Below are positions 12,701-25,319 of a stretch of DNA of 64,000 nt, piece by piece; the first letter of the stretch is position 1; each line of letters begins with the position of its first letter. Made by a program: the position numbers and the translations under genes. The stretch covers positions 58,156,001 through 58,220,000 of the forward strand of contig OZ336874.1 of the NCBI GenBank assembly GCA_965287045.1, written 5' to 3'. Origin of the DNA: Carcharhinus amblyrhynchos (taxonomy: Eukaryota). Below the pieces are notes generated by a model. It saw only the letters and a list, made by a program, of their open reading frames with translations. It did not search any database and was not told where the DNA came from.

Positions 12701-14068
12701 CTTAATGGCTCCTCCTTTCTCCCCCTGCCCCAATGCTAAAGAGCTGTATCTGTTCATTTCCTGCAAATAAGCTACTTTGAAATCGGTGACGGAAAACCAT
12801 CATAAAATGTTACTTTGAAAGTTTTCATTGATTTCTACTTCTTTGAATACATTTTGATATATGTGACATGACTATGTTCTGAAATGTGTTTTACCCCATG
12901 TGTATCATTAATGTTTGGAGGACTTTAAAACTTTCATACTTTATTTTTTTTTAAAAAAAGCAGTTCTATGGTTTCCTTGGATTCTATTTAATTTATAGTT
13001 CTCTGTGCCTATTTTTGCTCTGACATTAGCAGAAAACATAGGCTGCTGTTGGCATCAGCAAACTTCTGGTGTAACTTCGTATTGCTGTTGGTGAAAATTC
13101 TGCTCATTGTAATATTGTATTGAATATTGGCACATACAAAATTTATCAGAGATTGGATTATACAAAACATATTGTTTACCATTGGTGCCTATGGTACAGC
13201 TCCAGGCAAGCCCTTATTGTAGCGATAGTGTTGTGATGTTTCCTCCATCTTTTGAGGCAGGAGTTCAGCATGACAACCTCCAATGCAGTCAACAACTCTT
13301 TCTGGTACGTGGGCTATTTTTAAAATTATTGTTTCAGATGCTGTTAGGATTTCAGTGGAGGTTGGCTGACTCTTAAAATCATATGAATTTTCCAATTACC
13401 AATGCAAAGAATCTCTCAGCAATGTTTCACGTTTTAAATTTTTTTTGCTGGAACTAACCAAAGTAAAAGCAACATCCACCACGTTTCTTAGTAAGCATGT
13501 AATAAGGAAAAGGCTTTTCTTCTTAATTTCTTAACATAGCCAAAAATTCCATACCAAATTTATACATGACACCATACTGTCAGCAGAAATGTAATGTTAC
13601 AGGTGGAGGGGATGTGAGAGAATTTTCCCATCTTGACAGAGCGCAAGATGCACTTTGGAGAAGTGTTTAAGCACTTTAGTGCTGTGACTTAAGAACAGGC
13701 ACAAACAAGCTTTTAAATTTTAAATTGTAATGCAGAAAGATTATTTCTAAAGTGTAGCATGCATTTAGGTTGCTGAATAGAAGTGACTTTGATTTTTTTT
13801 TAATATATATATTCAGTTACCAAGATGGTAGTTGAAATGTTGTAGGCCTGAAGAATTTTGGGAAAAGAAAAATGGAGGTTTCTGGCTTTTCCAGTCAAAG
13901 TTGTGGTTAAGCCCCTGCATCTATTTCTGCAGACAAAACAAATTTAACCCCATTTGTCTGTCTGTGGGTGAGCTTTTAGGCAAGGTTTCTGCTGAGTGAT
14001 GTGGTTTCTCTTGTGGTGTTGGTCTCAGATTGACTTCTCTGGGCTCTTCTTGGAATAAAATCAATTTG

Positions 14069-14128
14069 CTATCTCAAGCTGGTTTCTGTCACCTGATGTC
14101 ACATTCCTATCTCAAGCTAGTTTCTGTC
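14069..14128 (+). repeat. 22-bp direct repeat, 38-bp period
   Basis: CTATCTCAAGCTGGTTTCTGTC (14069-14090) and CTATCTCAAGCTAGTTTCTGTC (14107-14128). Confidence 0.9.
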
Positions 14129-14607
14129 CCATCCACACAAATGATTTGATGGTTTGGCAATGTCACGCAATGGGGAAGTTAATGATGGCCATTCACAGCT
14201 TCATATGATAAGGTTGTTTCTTTCACGTCCATCTCTGTGGATTTCAAGTTTGCAGATAAAAATCTGATTGGCTGTTGTATTTGTGTTTTGGTTTCTGTAA
14301 ACCTCTAGCCAATAGTGATTGTTAACTCTTAAGTGATCTGTTGCAACCTGATTTTTCTTTCAATGAATGATTTCCCCCAAACGTTTACATTTTAATGATT
14401 TTCCGAAAATATACAAACGTGAGTTAGCCCAGTTTTATGTACAGAAACTGCAAAGGACTCATGACCTCTCAAATCCATTTGGAGGTAAATTGTCCATGTT
14501 CTGTGCTGCTTTTAAAAAGCAAAAATGTCTGTTTTCGTATATTCACAGGCATATGAGGGTGTAGTAGTCTTGCGTACCAAATCCTGAGCTGTTCCTGGCT
14601 TTAATGG

Positions 14608-14918
14608 GATTGCAGTGATTAGCACTGTTGCCTCGTGGCGCTATAGAGACATATTTTCAATTCCAGCCGTGGGTGACTGTCCATGAGAGGTTGATTACAT
14701 TTTCCCCCATGTCTGTGTAGGTTTTCTCCCACACTCCACAGAGATGTGCAGATTTGGTTGATAGGTCATGCTAAATTGCTCTTTGGTGTAGGTTAAGGGA
14801 TTTAGCAGGATGATTTACATGGTGTTACGGGATACGCCCTGGGTGGGATGCTTGTTCAGAGTTGGTGCAATTCAATGTGCTGAATGGACTCCATCTGGAT
14901 TGTAGGGATTCTATGATT
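14608..14918 (+). mobile_element. HE1-type tRNA-derived SINE (diverged)
   Basis: gcagtgattagcactgttgcctc...attccagccgtgggtgactgtc...gggattctatgatt; homologous to the copies at 53385 and 56820. Confidence 0.8.
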
Positions 14919-15629
14919 TCCTATCTCACCAGGGTGAATCTACCAAAGTCCTTTTTAAACAAAGTCCATTCACTCAAGATCTGAGCATAATTGAATGGCA
15001 TTTCAGTGACAAGGCACCCAATGAAAGCTCCATGGTTAATGCTCTATAAGCCTTGGTTCTTCAAACTGGGAATCTGTACCTGTCGGCACTCTGCTTGGTG
15101 GTGAACCCAAAAACTTCTGTTTGGCAGAGCAGCACATATTGTGGATTGTGTTCACCAAATCTGTCTGACTAACTGTGCATGCGGCAGGATCAGCTTCCTC
15201 ATCGTCTGTCCGGGTATTAAAACCTGCCTATTATTTTCAGTAAATTTCAATTTTACTTTTTTGCCTACATAAGCAGGTCGAATATGAGTTTGTCTTCAGG
15301 CAGATTTCGTAGAAGGTGATATCATGCTCTCCAAAATATTACATTTTACCTTGAATTAAAGGAGATAATTAAGTCCAGCGATCATAACAATGATCAGGTG
15401 CTAATAAATGCCAACGTTTATTCCCCTCCATTAGTTGAACTTGAAAAGATGGTGGGTCGCCTGTTTGAACCACTGCTATCTGTGTGGTGAAGGTATTCCT
15501 ACAGGGCTGTTTGGTACGGAGTTTCAGGAGTATGCCCCAGGATCAATGAAAATGCCAAAACGTGACCAACCTCCCCAGTTGCTGATGACTTCAGCTTTTC
15601 TAGGCTTCCTTGGTGCTACATTGGTTGAA

Positions 15630-16470
15630 TAAGAATATGTCATTAAAAAATAGGCTCAGGAGTAGACCATATGGCCCCTTGAGCCTGTTACACCATTCAT
15701 TACTGTGGTGATTATTTTTTGCCTCAACTCAATTTTTCCACACGCCCCTCAATTCCTCAGAGATCAATACCTATCCCAACGTTGAATATATTCAATAACG
15801 GAACTTGCACGGCCCTCTGTTAAACAATTCTGTATGAAGTTATTTCTCCACATGTCAGTCCCAAATGACTGACCCTTGTCCTGAGACTGTGTCCCTATGT
15901 TCTAGGTTTTACAGATAGGGGAAATAATTTCTTTTATGTCTGCTGTGTAGCCAAATGCCTTGCATTATGTTTACTTAGTACCATGATCTCTTGCAACAAA
16001 GGCCTGCACGCTTTTGCCTTTCTAGTTGTTTTCTGTACCTGTAAACTGACTTTGTGTTCCTCTCTGAAGTTTCAGAAGTTTTGCACCTTTTTGAAGAAAA
16101 ATGTTCTGCTTTTTTATGACCTACGTGAATAACCTCCTCACTTCTCCCCATGTTACTCTATTTGCTACCTTGTTGTCCACTCACTTTAGCTGTCTTTATT
16201 TCTTTGGGTCTGCCTCTTGGCATACATGCTTATTTAACTTTGTATCATTGGTAAATATAGGTACGCTATTCCATGTCTCTCTGTCCAAGTCATTAATATA
16301 CATTGTACATAGTTCAGACCACAGCACTGATCGCCACTAGTTACAGCTTGCCAACTTTTCCTACCCTTTGCTTCCTGTCCAAGGATATCCTTCCATCTGC
16401 GCTAATATTTTTTGCCCCCAATTCCATGAAGACATGACCTTTAATTTTTTGTATGGCACCTTTTCAAATG
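15630..16470 (-). mobile_element. CR1 LINE 3' region, decayed
   Basis: Starts with the tail aagaatatg...ggagtagaccatatggccccttgagcctg and ends near ggcaccttttcaaatgcctt (reverse complement of KAF.KVP). Confidence 0.7.
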
Positions 16471-16649
16471 CCTTTCAGAGTGTCACAAAAACTTGTAATG
16501 GTCACCATGATGCAAGTGTGAGGGTGGTAAGCTGTGTTTCCTGTCAGCTCTGGTGCTACTCAATCAGAAATCCTTTCATTTATTGTGCTCATATAACTCG
16601 TACTCAACTAATTTGGTGGTGAAAACTCCCTATTATGTCCCAGGAAGGT

Positions 16650-17450
16650 TTTTGGTCAAAACGTTTCTCACAAAATTCTGTAAAATATTATGAAAACCAA
16701 TGACGAAAGGAGCAGTTGGAGGCAACTCGGGTGGTGTTGACTCTTCAACATGGTGACTTGGTGAATAGCTTGTGACTCAGCAATTTCAATGGTCATTGAT
16801 GAGAAACTCTATCCATATAGCGCAAATTATCAATGCTTATGCTCTAGAACTGCAAAATACTGGTAAAGGGTTTGACAAAGCTGAGGAGAGATTTCTACTG
16901 TGGAAAAAGCATCTTTCTTGGTAGAGACCCATTTACAATCCCTGGAAAGAACTGCTCAATATGTCAGAACATCAAGACAATCTAGAGAATTGAGGCTGGA
17001 GGAAAATTGTTTTGATTATCAGCTTGCAAAAGGAGCTGAGGGCAAGCTCCCAGTTAAATTTTTTTGAGAGCTGGCTACTGTGGTTTTTCAACATAAAGCT
17101 GAAAGCCGGCGCATTAAATTAGCAAGGGCATGCCATTTGCTTGCTTTGAGGTCTGTGGACAAATAATAACCTCAGTCCATAATTATACATTGTCATAACT
17201 TCAAAGGTTGCCAAAAAAGCGATGGAGGCAACTAGATGTAGTCGTGACCTTCACTCCATCGTAGAGCATGAATCTTTCAAGATTTTTCAGCAGTGAAACA
17301 ATGAAGGCGCAAGGGTTTTGATGAAGTTAGAAGATAGCTGAAGGCCATTGGAGCAAAATATGTCCTACTGCATCCTACCTTACTGAGGGTGATATTCAAA
17401 AACCACAAATGCATTCAATAGCCCAGCTAAACCATGGCTTTTGTGAACTC
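16650..17450 (+). mobile_element. L1-clade ORF1 remnant
   Basis: Reads DNLEN*GWRKIVLIISL, GAEGKLPVKFFESWL and IFQDFSAVKQ*RRKGFDEVRR*LKAIGAKYVLLHPTLLRV, resembling fish L1 ORF1 (Transposase_22) RRM and CTD motifs. Confidence 0.75.
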
Positions 17451-18257
17451 TGGGGGGAAACAATTTCGATCCCTCAGCTGAATGTCATTAGTAACACATT
17501 GCTATTAACTGCAAAGTCTGGACTTTGTCCCATTTCATTGTTTTTAATTCTGGGCTGGTACTTATTCTGACAGGGATAGTCTAGTTACTGAGCACTACAG
17601 TGAATATTGCACTTCGGAATGGCAGGAACACATACATGTTTTTAATGAACAATATTATTCAGTGTGTTCTTTCTAGTTGAAGAATTATATACTATATGAA
17701 TGAGAAATAGTCTTCATCCTTTTCTATATATACACTTTTATAATAGCTGTGCGCATCTTATGGTTTCCTTCATTCCTGTCATAAATATGAGTGGCGCCAC
17801 TGCTGGGAGGTGGGTAGGCGATGTTAGATTACAGAGAGGGTGCCTCGTTCTCTTCCTTTTTTATAATACATTGCATTTCTCTTTTGAAGGGAAAGGCTCT
17901 TTGGTATAATTATGAAAGGTATGTTGGCATAGCTCATCAAGGTCTCGCATTCAGTGAGGAAAACCCCCTAAGGGTTCATGGTTTATGATTGTCTGCTTTG
18001 TGGTTTGGAATAGTTCTTGTGCATTCTTTTTATTTTGGGCTTAAAGCATCATTAGTTGATAACTCGTGCTCCTGTAAAGGGACAGATGAGTCTAGTTTAC
18101 TGGAAAACGCCTGTCACTGGCGCTTCCTGTGTAGCTGGGGATGTGGTAGGCAAATTTTGGTGCACACCTAAGTGGGACAGGAAAATGTGTCAGGTAAGAG
18201 GCCAATGTCTTAATGTTGATATCCCACATCCTCTCTTACTGAATAAGTAATAGCAGC

Positions 18258-18775
18258 TTATTTGGTTAGGCAGTATTTGGAGTATTGTGTGCAGTTCTGG
18301 TCGCCACACCACCAGAAGGATGTGAAAGCTTTGGAGAGAGTGCAAAGAAGGTTCACCAGGATATTCTCTGGTCTCAAGGGGGTGGACAGTGAGAGATTGA
18401 ATAAATTAAGATTGTTTTTACTGGAAAGACAGAGGTCTGTAGAATTACAAGAGGCGTAGATAGGGTGGATAGTCAGAAGCTTTTTCCCAGGGTGGAAGTG
18501 TCAATTACAAGGGCGCATAGGTTCAAGGTGAGAGGTGGAAAGTTTAAGGGAGATGTGTAGAGGAAGTTTTTCACGCAGAGAGTGGTGGGTGCATGGAAAA
18601 CACTGCCAGAGAAGGTGGTGGAAGCAGGAACTTTAGCAGCATTTAAGAGGCATCTGGATGGGTACATGAATAGGGAGGGAGTAGAGGGTTATGATCCAAG
18701 TAAGGGCAAAAGGTTTTTAGGAAATCGAGATCAGCATAGGTTGAAAGGCCTATTCCTGTACTGTACTTTGTTCAG
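18258..18775 (+). mobile_element. CR1 (HER1-like) LINE 3' end
   Basis: ORFs 18262..18459 (LEYCVQFWSPHHQKDVKALERVQRRFTR) and 18582..18830 (VGAWKTLPEKVVEAGTLAAFKRHLDGYM). Confidence 0.92.
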
Positions 18776-19728
18776 TAGCTACACTGAAATCCTGCTTGTG
18801 GAATGCATGGGGGATATGCCATCTTATTGAAAAGAAATGTCTCTTCTCAGAAAGGCAAATGTTGATATAGCTTTGATGCAGGAAATTCATCAAGATGATG
18901 AAGAACATTTTGAAATTGAAGTAGGAGTGAGTCTCCCTCACTGTCAACTGGCAGCTGAGGGGTTGTGATTTTGACCAATGAAAATGTGCTATTTAGATCT
19001 GAGCTGTGAAGGGAAGGTATGTGATCATTAAAGAAATGCTGTATTTTGATAATGAATGTGTTTGGCCCTCCAAATTATTCTCCAGATTTTATCACCTGAA
19101 GTCTTTATGAATTTTGCTGAATTAACATCATCAAATTATTTAATGGGCAGGAACATCTGTTACCTGAAGGAACGGACAACTGCCACCTACATCCTTTGGG
19201 TAAGTTTTCCGAAGCGAGGAATCCACCCAATCAACAAAGACATTAGTATCTGTATGCAAGGAATTTAGGATATTTGGATGTTTGAAAAGCAGTACGCCCT
19301 AAGGAGAGAGAATTCACCACCTTCTGTGCTCCCCTCCAATGTAATACCCAAATTGATTATTTTTCTAAGTGCATTGATTTCAATTAAGTTTAAGGTTCAT
19401 GTTTGAGGCTCACATGTCACTTTCAAGTTTGGTATGGAATTCAGTTGTACTATAATGACTGTTCTTCCTGAGGATCTTTTACTATATGGTTATTAATTAA
19501 CCCTGCCTCATTATACAATAACTCCCACTCTCCTCTCGTAACTGGAATGCAGCATTTTCGTCCATGTATCATCCAAGGTTGTAATGAGGTCTAGAGCTGA
19601 CAACTCAGACTAAGGATGAAATTTTCTCTTCCAGAGACTATATATAGTGTTGGGCAGGATTAGCAGCAAGTTTCCTACTGATCAGCAAGTGAGGTTCTCC
19701 TGCTGATCTTCAGCTTAAAATCTCATTA

Positions 19729-20684
19729 ACAAACATGAGCCGAGCACCATCTACCCAATGGGGAAATTGCTCAACTATGTACCATTCACAAAGATCAGAA
19801 TAAATCCAACCCAGCCAACAACTGCCCTATCAGCCTACTCATAATCATTAGTAAAGTGGAATTGTCAATAGTGCTATCAAGCACCATTTACTCACCAATA
19901 AACTGCTCACTGAGAATTAGTGCAGAATTTTCAAAGTAACACAATTTGCAGTCACTTTCGATCAAGAGCTTGATACATCTCCCTGACCAATACACATTGG
20001 GCATGCTAACTTAAATGAGCCAGCTGAACATCACATGAATGTGAGACTTACAAAACTAGGCAATCACGGAGTGGGAGTTTAGGTCAGTCTCGCAGTTGAG
20101 GACACAAAGATGCACATAAATAACACACTCAAATAACGGGAACATTTTCAGAAACAACAAATAGTTTTTATAAAGGCAATGATACAAATGGTGAGTAAAC
20201 ACCCAGGAACCAGAAGTAATATCTATGATCTTTTTAACACGACTCCTATATCTGGCATCTGCTGCCAAGAAAGAGGAAACCTGCTGAATGCTGTCCCTTG
20301 TTGTTTTTGATGACTTAGGCAGGTGTCCTTTTGGAGGATCGAGACCTGGAGGGCCTAATTTTACTTTGGGTAACTTGCTGTGGGGAAGGTGCACCCTCCT
20401 CAGCCTGTACTGACCCCTTTAGAAGGGACACTTGGAGGGAAGTTGAAGTTTGCCAACCTTCTTTTGCCTAATCACCGGCAAAAGAAGTGCACTAATTCTT
20501 GGTGAGCAGTTTATTGATGAGTAAATGGTGCTTGATAGCACTATTGACAATTCAACTTTACTAATGATTATAAGTAGGCTAATAGGGCAGTTGTTGGCTG
20601 GGTTGGATTTATTCCAATCTTTGTGAAGGGTACATAGTTGAGCAATTTTCCCCATTGGGTAGATGGCGCTCGGCTCATGTTTGT
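19729..20684. repeat. Inverted repeat: arms 19729-19924 and 20488-20684 (LINE family A RT fragment), ~563-bp spacer
   Basis: Manual alignment gives about 11 differences in ~197 bp. The arm encodes KIAQLCTLHKDWNKSNPANNCPISLLIIISKVE (ORF 20419..20709). Confidence 0.95.
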
Positions 20685-21208
20685 GGCGTGACATTAGTAA
20701 ATTGGCCATGAAAGCTGCTGGATTACTGACTCAACAATGTCCTACGGCAATGTACCATCTAATTATTTTCTTTGGAATGCATCAGTGATTTGTTTAAACG
20801 TGAGGTCCCTTCAAATTGTTTTGCATAGCCACATACCTGTTGTAAATTGTTGGGCTGAATTTTGCATAGCCTACATGGGACCTTGCTACACAGATGAAAT
20901 ATTTTTGAGGGAGTGTTGCCCTATAGGGAGTAGATGTGCCACCAGGGTTTGGCCTATATTTGACTCCAACCTCATAATGCACTATTGACTCTTGATGTCC
21001 TTGGGTTATGACAAAAAGGCAATAAACGCAATCTTTCCAGCGCCACTCATGCCCCAAAACAAATTGGGGATGACAGGAGGTGGGGCGACGTTATAAGGCT
21101 GTGGAGCAGATTGCCGGGGATTACTAAATTGCCTGTTGACGTCAGTTTTTTTAATCCAGAGATTTGTTTCCCGTAGAATAGAATCCATTTGTAATGATCA
21201 CGGAGATC

Positions 21209-21418
21209 TAGGCCAGAACTTCCTAGTTGTTCCATGCCAGCGGGATCTTCTGGTCCTGTCAGTGGTGCACCTCTGCTGCAAGTTTCCCAATGGCATGTGG
21301 TGGAGTCGATACGAAATTCCACTGACAGCAGCAAGACCAAAGATCCCACCACTGGCCAATAGCATGCTGCCTCCTGCCATGAGAAACACGCTGCAGGGAG
21401 GCCAGAAAATCCTGTTCC
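21209..21418. mobile_element. MITE, same family as 7915-8116
   Basis: ggccagaacttcc...ccactgacagcagcaagaccaaagatccc...ggccagaaaatcctg. Confidence 0.65.
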
Positions 21419-22009
21419 AGGTTTGGATGAAACAAAAGTTGCACTTTTCAAAACTACTGTTAGTGATCAGAAAATTTAAAAAATCAGCTATTGGTAATTT
21501 TTCAGGGCTTCCTTTAGAGATTTTTTTTCTCCCATCATTGCCTCTGTATAGGAACAACATGGAATCCATTGATGTGAGCAATATAGAAGACATTGGTGGT
21601 TCGTCAAAACTTAACAATGGATTTGATTCTTTTTGTGGTGAAATATATAGAATGTTCCAGGCAGATTCAGTCTGTACTTAAAGCAGAAGCTTGACAGCAA
21701 CATCTGAAGTTCTTATAATATCTCATTGGTATATCTAAAGTTAAAATGAATGCCTTTTCTCTCCCTCCCACCTTTAGCTTGGAGTTTTGCTGTTGATCCT
21801 TTACAAAGTCATTTGCAGTTGTCTCTCAGTTGAGTGTAGCTGTCATTTGCATTATCACTTTCTATTGTACTGATTATATTTCAGTCCAACCCATTTACTT
21901 TTATGAAAGTCTTGTGTACATAGTCTTCATTTGTGTCAATGCTAAATTTTGTTTTATAATTAGTGCATTTTAAGAATTATTTTTATGGCACAAATTCCAC
22001 TTCCTAGGC

Positions 22010-23030
22010 AGTCCCTTGGGACTGAATCAATTCAGTGGATTCTGAGGTGCTGATTTATTTGTGATTTGCAGGCACTATCACATATGGGGCAGGTGGTGCT
22101 TCAAGGACTGAGTTGATGAGTTGTTGGGAGGTTTCTGAACTATGCTTCAAGCCTCACCTCTCCTCTTGATTGTTGAGTTGGCGCATACTCAATAAGTCAA
22201 ATGGCCTCCTTCTGCACTGTAGGAATCCTATAATTCCATGTCTATGTTTATTGCCTTCCCGAATGAATCTTCTCTCTTTTTTTGGTCAGGCACAAGCCAA
22301 GAACTTGCAAGAGCCTTCTGGGTTGTTTGACCTCTGCAGGGATGATCTCCAGACATCCATAAAGTGTTTCTGTTGTCCTTCTATGAGTTTCATGGCACAA
22401 CCAAGTTTTGAGTAGAGCAGTTGCTTTGGGGGTCTAGTGTCAGCCATGCCAACAATATGTCCTGTCCAGTGATGCTGGTTCTGAGTGAATAGAACCTTGT
22501 TGCTTGTTGTGTTGGCCTGGGAGAGAACATTGCTGTTGAATCATCTTACCTGCCACCAAATTTGGAAGACCTTCCAAAGGCGCTGCTGGTGATACTTCTC
22601 CAGTACTTTGAGGTGACTGTCGTAGATTGTTCAGGTCTCTAAAGCATATAGAAGCATGGAGATAGATCACTTCTGCCCAGTTAGCCATGACCTGAAGTCT
22701 TTATTTTGAGGTTCTGGTCCTCAGGTTATCTTTTCCTCAGTCAGTCAAAGGTTGTGCTTCCACTTTGGGGGCAATGTTTCAACACCTATGTCTGCCTTCA
22801 AGAAGAGGCTCCCAAGATATCTGAATTATCCTCACTTCCCAGGGACTTGCCCTGATCTTAATTGATAGAGAGACATGTCTTGCTGGGGGAGCTGTTTAGA
22901 AGAGAACCTTAGTTTCATGGGTGTTTAGTGCCATTTTCTCCTAACCTTTGGAGATGGAATTGACAATGACCTAGTTGTGTTTGAGTGCATGCAGAAACAA
23001 GCAATCTCTGCACACTGGAACTCCGTTACT
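22010..23030 (-). mobile_element. RTE-clade LINE 3' fragment
   Basis: - strand near 22560-22660 reads LLYALET.TIYDSHLKVLEKYHQQRLWKVFQI, similar to RTE LLY.SETWT.Y.RH...LE..HQRCLRKI. Confidence 0.7.
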
Positions 23031-24910
23031 GAAGTTATATGGCAAAATTACAGGAGCTTGCCTTTGGCACAATGGTTTTACACAGTGGCAAAAGTGACTT
23101 AAAAATATTGAAGAAAGAAGCATTTTGAGATGATAGAGGAGAATTTATGTTTTTTCTTTTAATTCTTGATGTGTAGTACAAATCTTTTAAAAAGGGTGGC
23201 CTTGGATTTAGTTGATACGTTTTGTAATGAATTATCTTGCCTCGTCCGTTGAACTCATTAAAGAATCTGTCGGTAATGGGGAACAAACAAGTACTTAATG
23301 GCAGCGTCACAGTCATTGTAAATGAACTAGGGGTTATATAGACATTGATTATTTATTTCTATCATTATCCTCTTTTACTCAATGATGGCACTTCTGAGCA
23401 AGCCTGTAGGTTGCCAGGACTTGAATACGTGATCCAGGCTAATGCTTGGATGCAGTGCTGAGGGAGTGCTGCATTGTCTGACATTCTGGCATTAAACAAT
23501 ACGTTGTTTTGGAAGGACATTAAAGAAGAGCAGAAAACTCTTCACCTTTTTGCATTCAAGTAGATTAAGCTGGCCAGTTTCTATTCTGCAGTCAGCTTCT
23601 GCTTTGCCTTGATTACGTGAGCTTCTCTTCCTGCTTTCCCACACCCTCTTTTATTCCTTAAGTAGATAAATCTGTAGACACCACTGTTGGATTTAAATGC
23701 AGCCACAGAGTTAATTTTGCATTTCTAATGTGAAATTTGATTGAGATCTTATGGAACAATTTTAATTTTTGGGAAACATGTACTTTACCACCACATAAAT
23801 TGAAGATGCTATAAAAGAGATGTTTCTGAGTAGTTTGGCATTAAAGAGCATTGCATTGTTTCACAGCATTTTGGCAGCATACTTGCACTGTAACAGATTT
23901 GCGGATGCAGATAATCTGTTCGCATGTCACAAAATGATCATCTTCTTAACTTGGATTCTGCCACATTATTTTTTATTTGCCAAGCTTACAATCATTGTAT
24001 TCATTACAAAGTTCTCTCCTGTTTTGATGAATAAACATGACTTGACTCGTGAATATTATGCAACATAAAGGAAGCAGTGATTAGATTGGAGTTCTCCAGG
24101 GTCTGGGCCAACATTTTACCCGTCTACCAATACTAGCATCTGATTGAGAGACCTTGTGCACAAATTGGCTGCTGTGTTTCCTACATAGCACATTAAAAGT
24201 AATTCATTGGCTGTGAACACTTTGGAATGTCTTGGAAAATGTGAGCACTGTTGTACAATTTCAAAAGCATGTTCTTAATGAAATTGTTTGGTTCATTTAA
24301 GTACATGCATTAAGATATTTTCTTTTCCTGTCCATTTTGTACCTTCTCGCAAACAGAACAATTCCTCTTGGAAATTAGTTCTATTTGTGCTAACACTTAG
24401 TTCATAAAGCCTGTAATTCTATGAAAGCTGAGATGGTGAGTAGTAGGATGGCATCTGAGTTGAATGTGATTTGACCTCCTGATGTCTGGTGTGGATATGG
24501 TTCAGACATCATTGGATATTGATCACGAGTAAGAGCGCTACCATTTTTCTTTCACTCGCAGTGAGGCCAAAAGCGTGATCTCAACCACTTTAACAAGAAA
24601 GGTCATTCAGCTGGGTACTGATCAATAATCAAGCTTTAGCCATATCACCTACTTGCATCAGATCAGGGATTAGTATTTTATTTGGACTACTGATGTGAAG
24701 CTAATCAATTAAAAAAGAACACTTGTTACAGTAACACTATTGTTTCAGTAACTGATGTTGGTTACTGAATATTATGGCCCAAAGTCAAATAGTATTGGGA
24801 TATTAAATAAAACTACACTCAGCCTTTATTTGAGTCATGAGTAGGGCTATGATTATTGTTTAACCAATTGAATGCACGTTATGCACATTAAACTAGTCCA
24901 TAGACATGAA

Positions 24911-25050
24911 GAGAAAAGAATAATTGATTAATGTTTCGGGTATAACCCTTTGATGGAACTGCGTTCTGATGAAGGATTTTATCCAAAGCATTAACCCATT
25001 GTTTCTATGTATTTTCAGGTTTTATTTGGTTCCCAACACTTGTGGTTTTT
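24911..25050. mobile_element. Miniature inverted Penelope remnant with two degenerate hammerhead copies head-to-head
   Basis: ttaatgtttcgggtataaccctttgatggaac-tgc-gttctgatgaaggattttatccaaagcattaa (arms 24928-24959 and 24963-24994). Confidence 0.6.
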
Positions 25051-25319
25051 CTGGCAAGGTAATTTTCAAATGCAAAGTCTGTACAGTTGTGTTTGTGTTG
25101 TGTTTTGATTAAAAACTGGAGTGACTGAGTTAGTAGGGTTTAGTTTGTGAGCTCAGCTCCAGAGACTTGAGCAAATAATTTTAGCTAGAACTCCTGCAGT
25201 TTGGTGTGAATGCTGCACAATTAGAGTTGCTGGCCTGGATGTTAGGTCCCTAGATGGGTGTGTAGAGCCAGGAGACCACCTGGCTTGCCACAACTCTCAA
25301 GGGGAAAATGTGTCCTAAA

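Noticed and set aside
16700-17340. Apparent ~500-bp degenerate tandem repeat (tggaggcaact and aagggtttga occurring twice)
   Set aside because: Only short words match, and the region is explained as a single L1 ORF1 remnant.
20056-20460. 112-aa minus-strand ORF in the inverted-repeat spacer
   Set aside because: No ATG start, no recognisable domain and no splice support; probably decayed repeat sequence.
21047-21681. Longest ORF in the window (181 aa, +) overlapped by 139-aa and 134-aa antisense ORFs; considered as a nested gene or endogenous viral element
   Set aside because: The middle (21209-21418) is a MITE also present at 7915-8116, and the peptides show no recognisable motif. The open frames are best explained by chance.
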